Assembly: GCA_965226375.1 (NCBI GenBank)
Contig: CBDDCX010000006.1
Coordinates: 416,001-480,000, forward strand
Direction: 5' to 3'
Length of the DNA: 64,000 bases
From: Longimicrobiales bacterium
GTDB lineage: Bacteria > Gemmatimonadota > Gemmatimonadetes > Longimicrobiales > Gaopeijiaceae
Part shown: positions 63,740-64,000 of the stretch, piece after piece
How positions within the stretch are numbered: the first letter of the stretch is position 1
Layout: the number at the start of each line of letters is the position of its first letter
Notes under the pieces: model-generated
What the model was told of the DNA's origin: nothing
Seen by the model: only the letters and a program-made list of their open reading frames with translations
Database searches by the model: none
Position numbers and translations under genes: made by a program

Positions 63740-64000
63740 TTAATCCCGTAGAGTGTCCCATTGTCGTTGACAGGTTCCGATACATCATCTGCACCTCGTC
63801 GAAGTCGATGACAACGCTCTCTCGTCTTCGGACCGCGCTCGTCCTCGCAAGGCCAATGTCCATCGCGAACACCTGGGCCGCCCTTTGAGCGGCCGTACGC
63901 GTCTGGTAAGCCGAAAACACCCCCGCCGCCGCCGCGAGCGAGAGTGATAGGAGAAGCATGACGACCGTCAGTTCGAGCAGTGTAACGCCTAGTCTCGTCC

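Larger units (their letters stand above)
62214..63778 (+). mobile_element. IS3-family element, copy 2 (complete)
   Basis: Imperfect IRs TGCCAACG...GAGACA and TGTCCC...CGTTGACA; GATAC direct repeats at 62209-62213 and 63779-63783. Confidence 0.93.
61970..64000 (-). pseudogene. FimT/GspH-like minor pilin interrupted by IS3 copy 2 (start beyond the window edge)
   Basis: GVTLLELTVV motif at the window end; removing the IS restores DFDEVQMMY-LLRFESGD; FDTRG motif. Confidence 0.85.

Overview
GC-rich bacterial window. The gene content (ADOP-type permeases with PadR, DUF5916 and DUF1080 proteins, DinB, M28 peptidases) suggests Gemmatimonadota or Acidobacteriota; this is an inference. Family names come from motif recognition, not database searches. 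Bases 1-18.6 kb are an IS-riddled accessory region. It holds a large FN3/Calx-beta autotransporter-like adhesin interrupted by an apparently intact IS1111-type (IS110 family) element with a ~400-nt candidate bridge/seek-RNA end, then AlpA and an att-like island end. Next comes a four-gene TIR - 3TM membrane protein - TIR - caspase cassette (Thoeris type IV-like, plus a second TIR/membrane module), followed by nested IS3, IS256 and IS30 pieces. The two halves of one IS3 lie 7.1 kb apart in opposite orientation, which implies the segment carrying the defence cassette was inverted at a 7-bp site next to the att-like end. Bases 18.8-64 kb look like core chromosome. They encode peptidases, transporters, four tandem DUF5916 genes, a glycoside oxidation/elimination cluster, an RraA-aminotransferase-LeuCD-like operon, PadR/permease, a YbjN-DUF4956-CotH-like operon and a type IV minor-pilin operon interrupted by a second copy of an IS3 element with unusual ends. 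Many single frameshifts fall in homopolymers and may be sequencing errors. I saw no rRNA, tRNA or CRISPR array.
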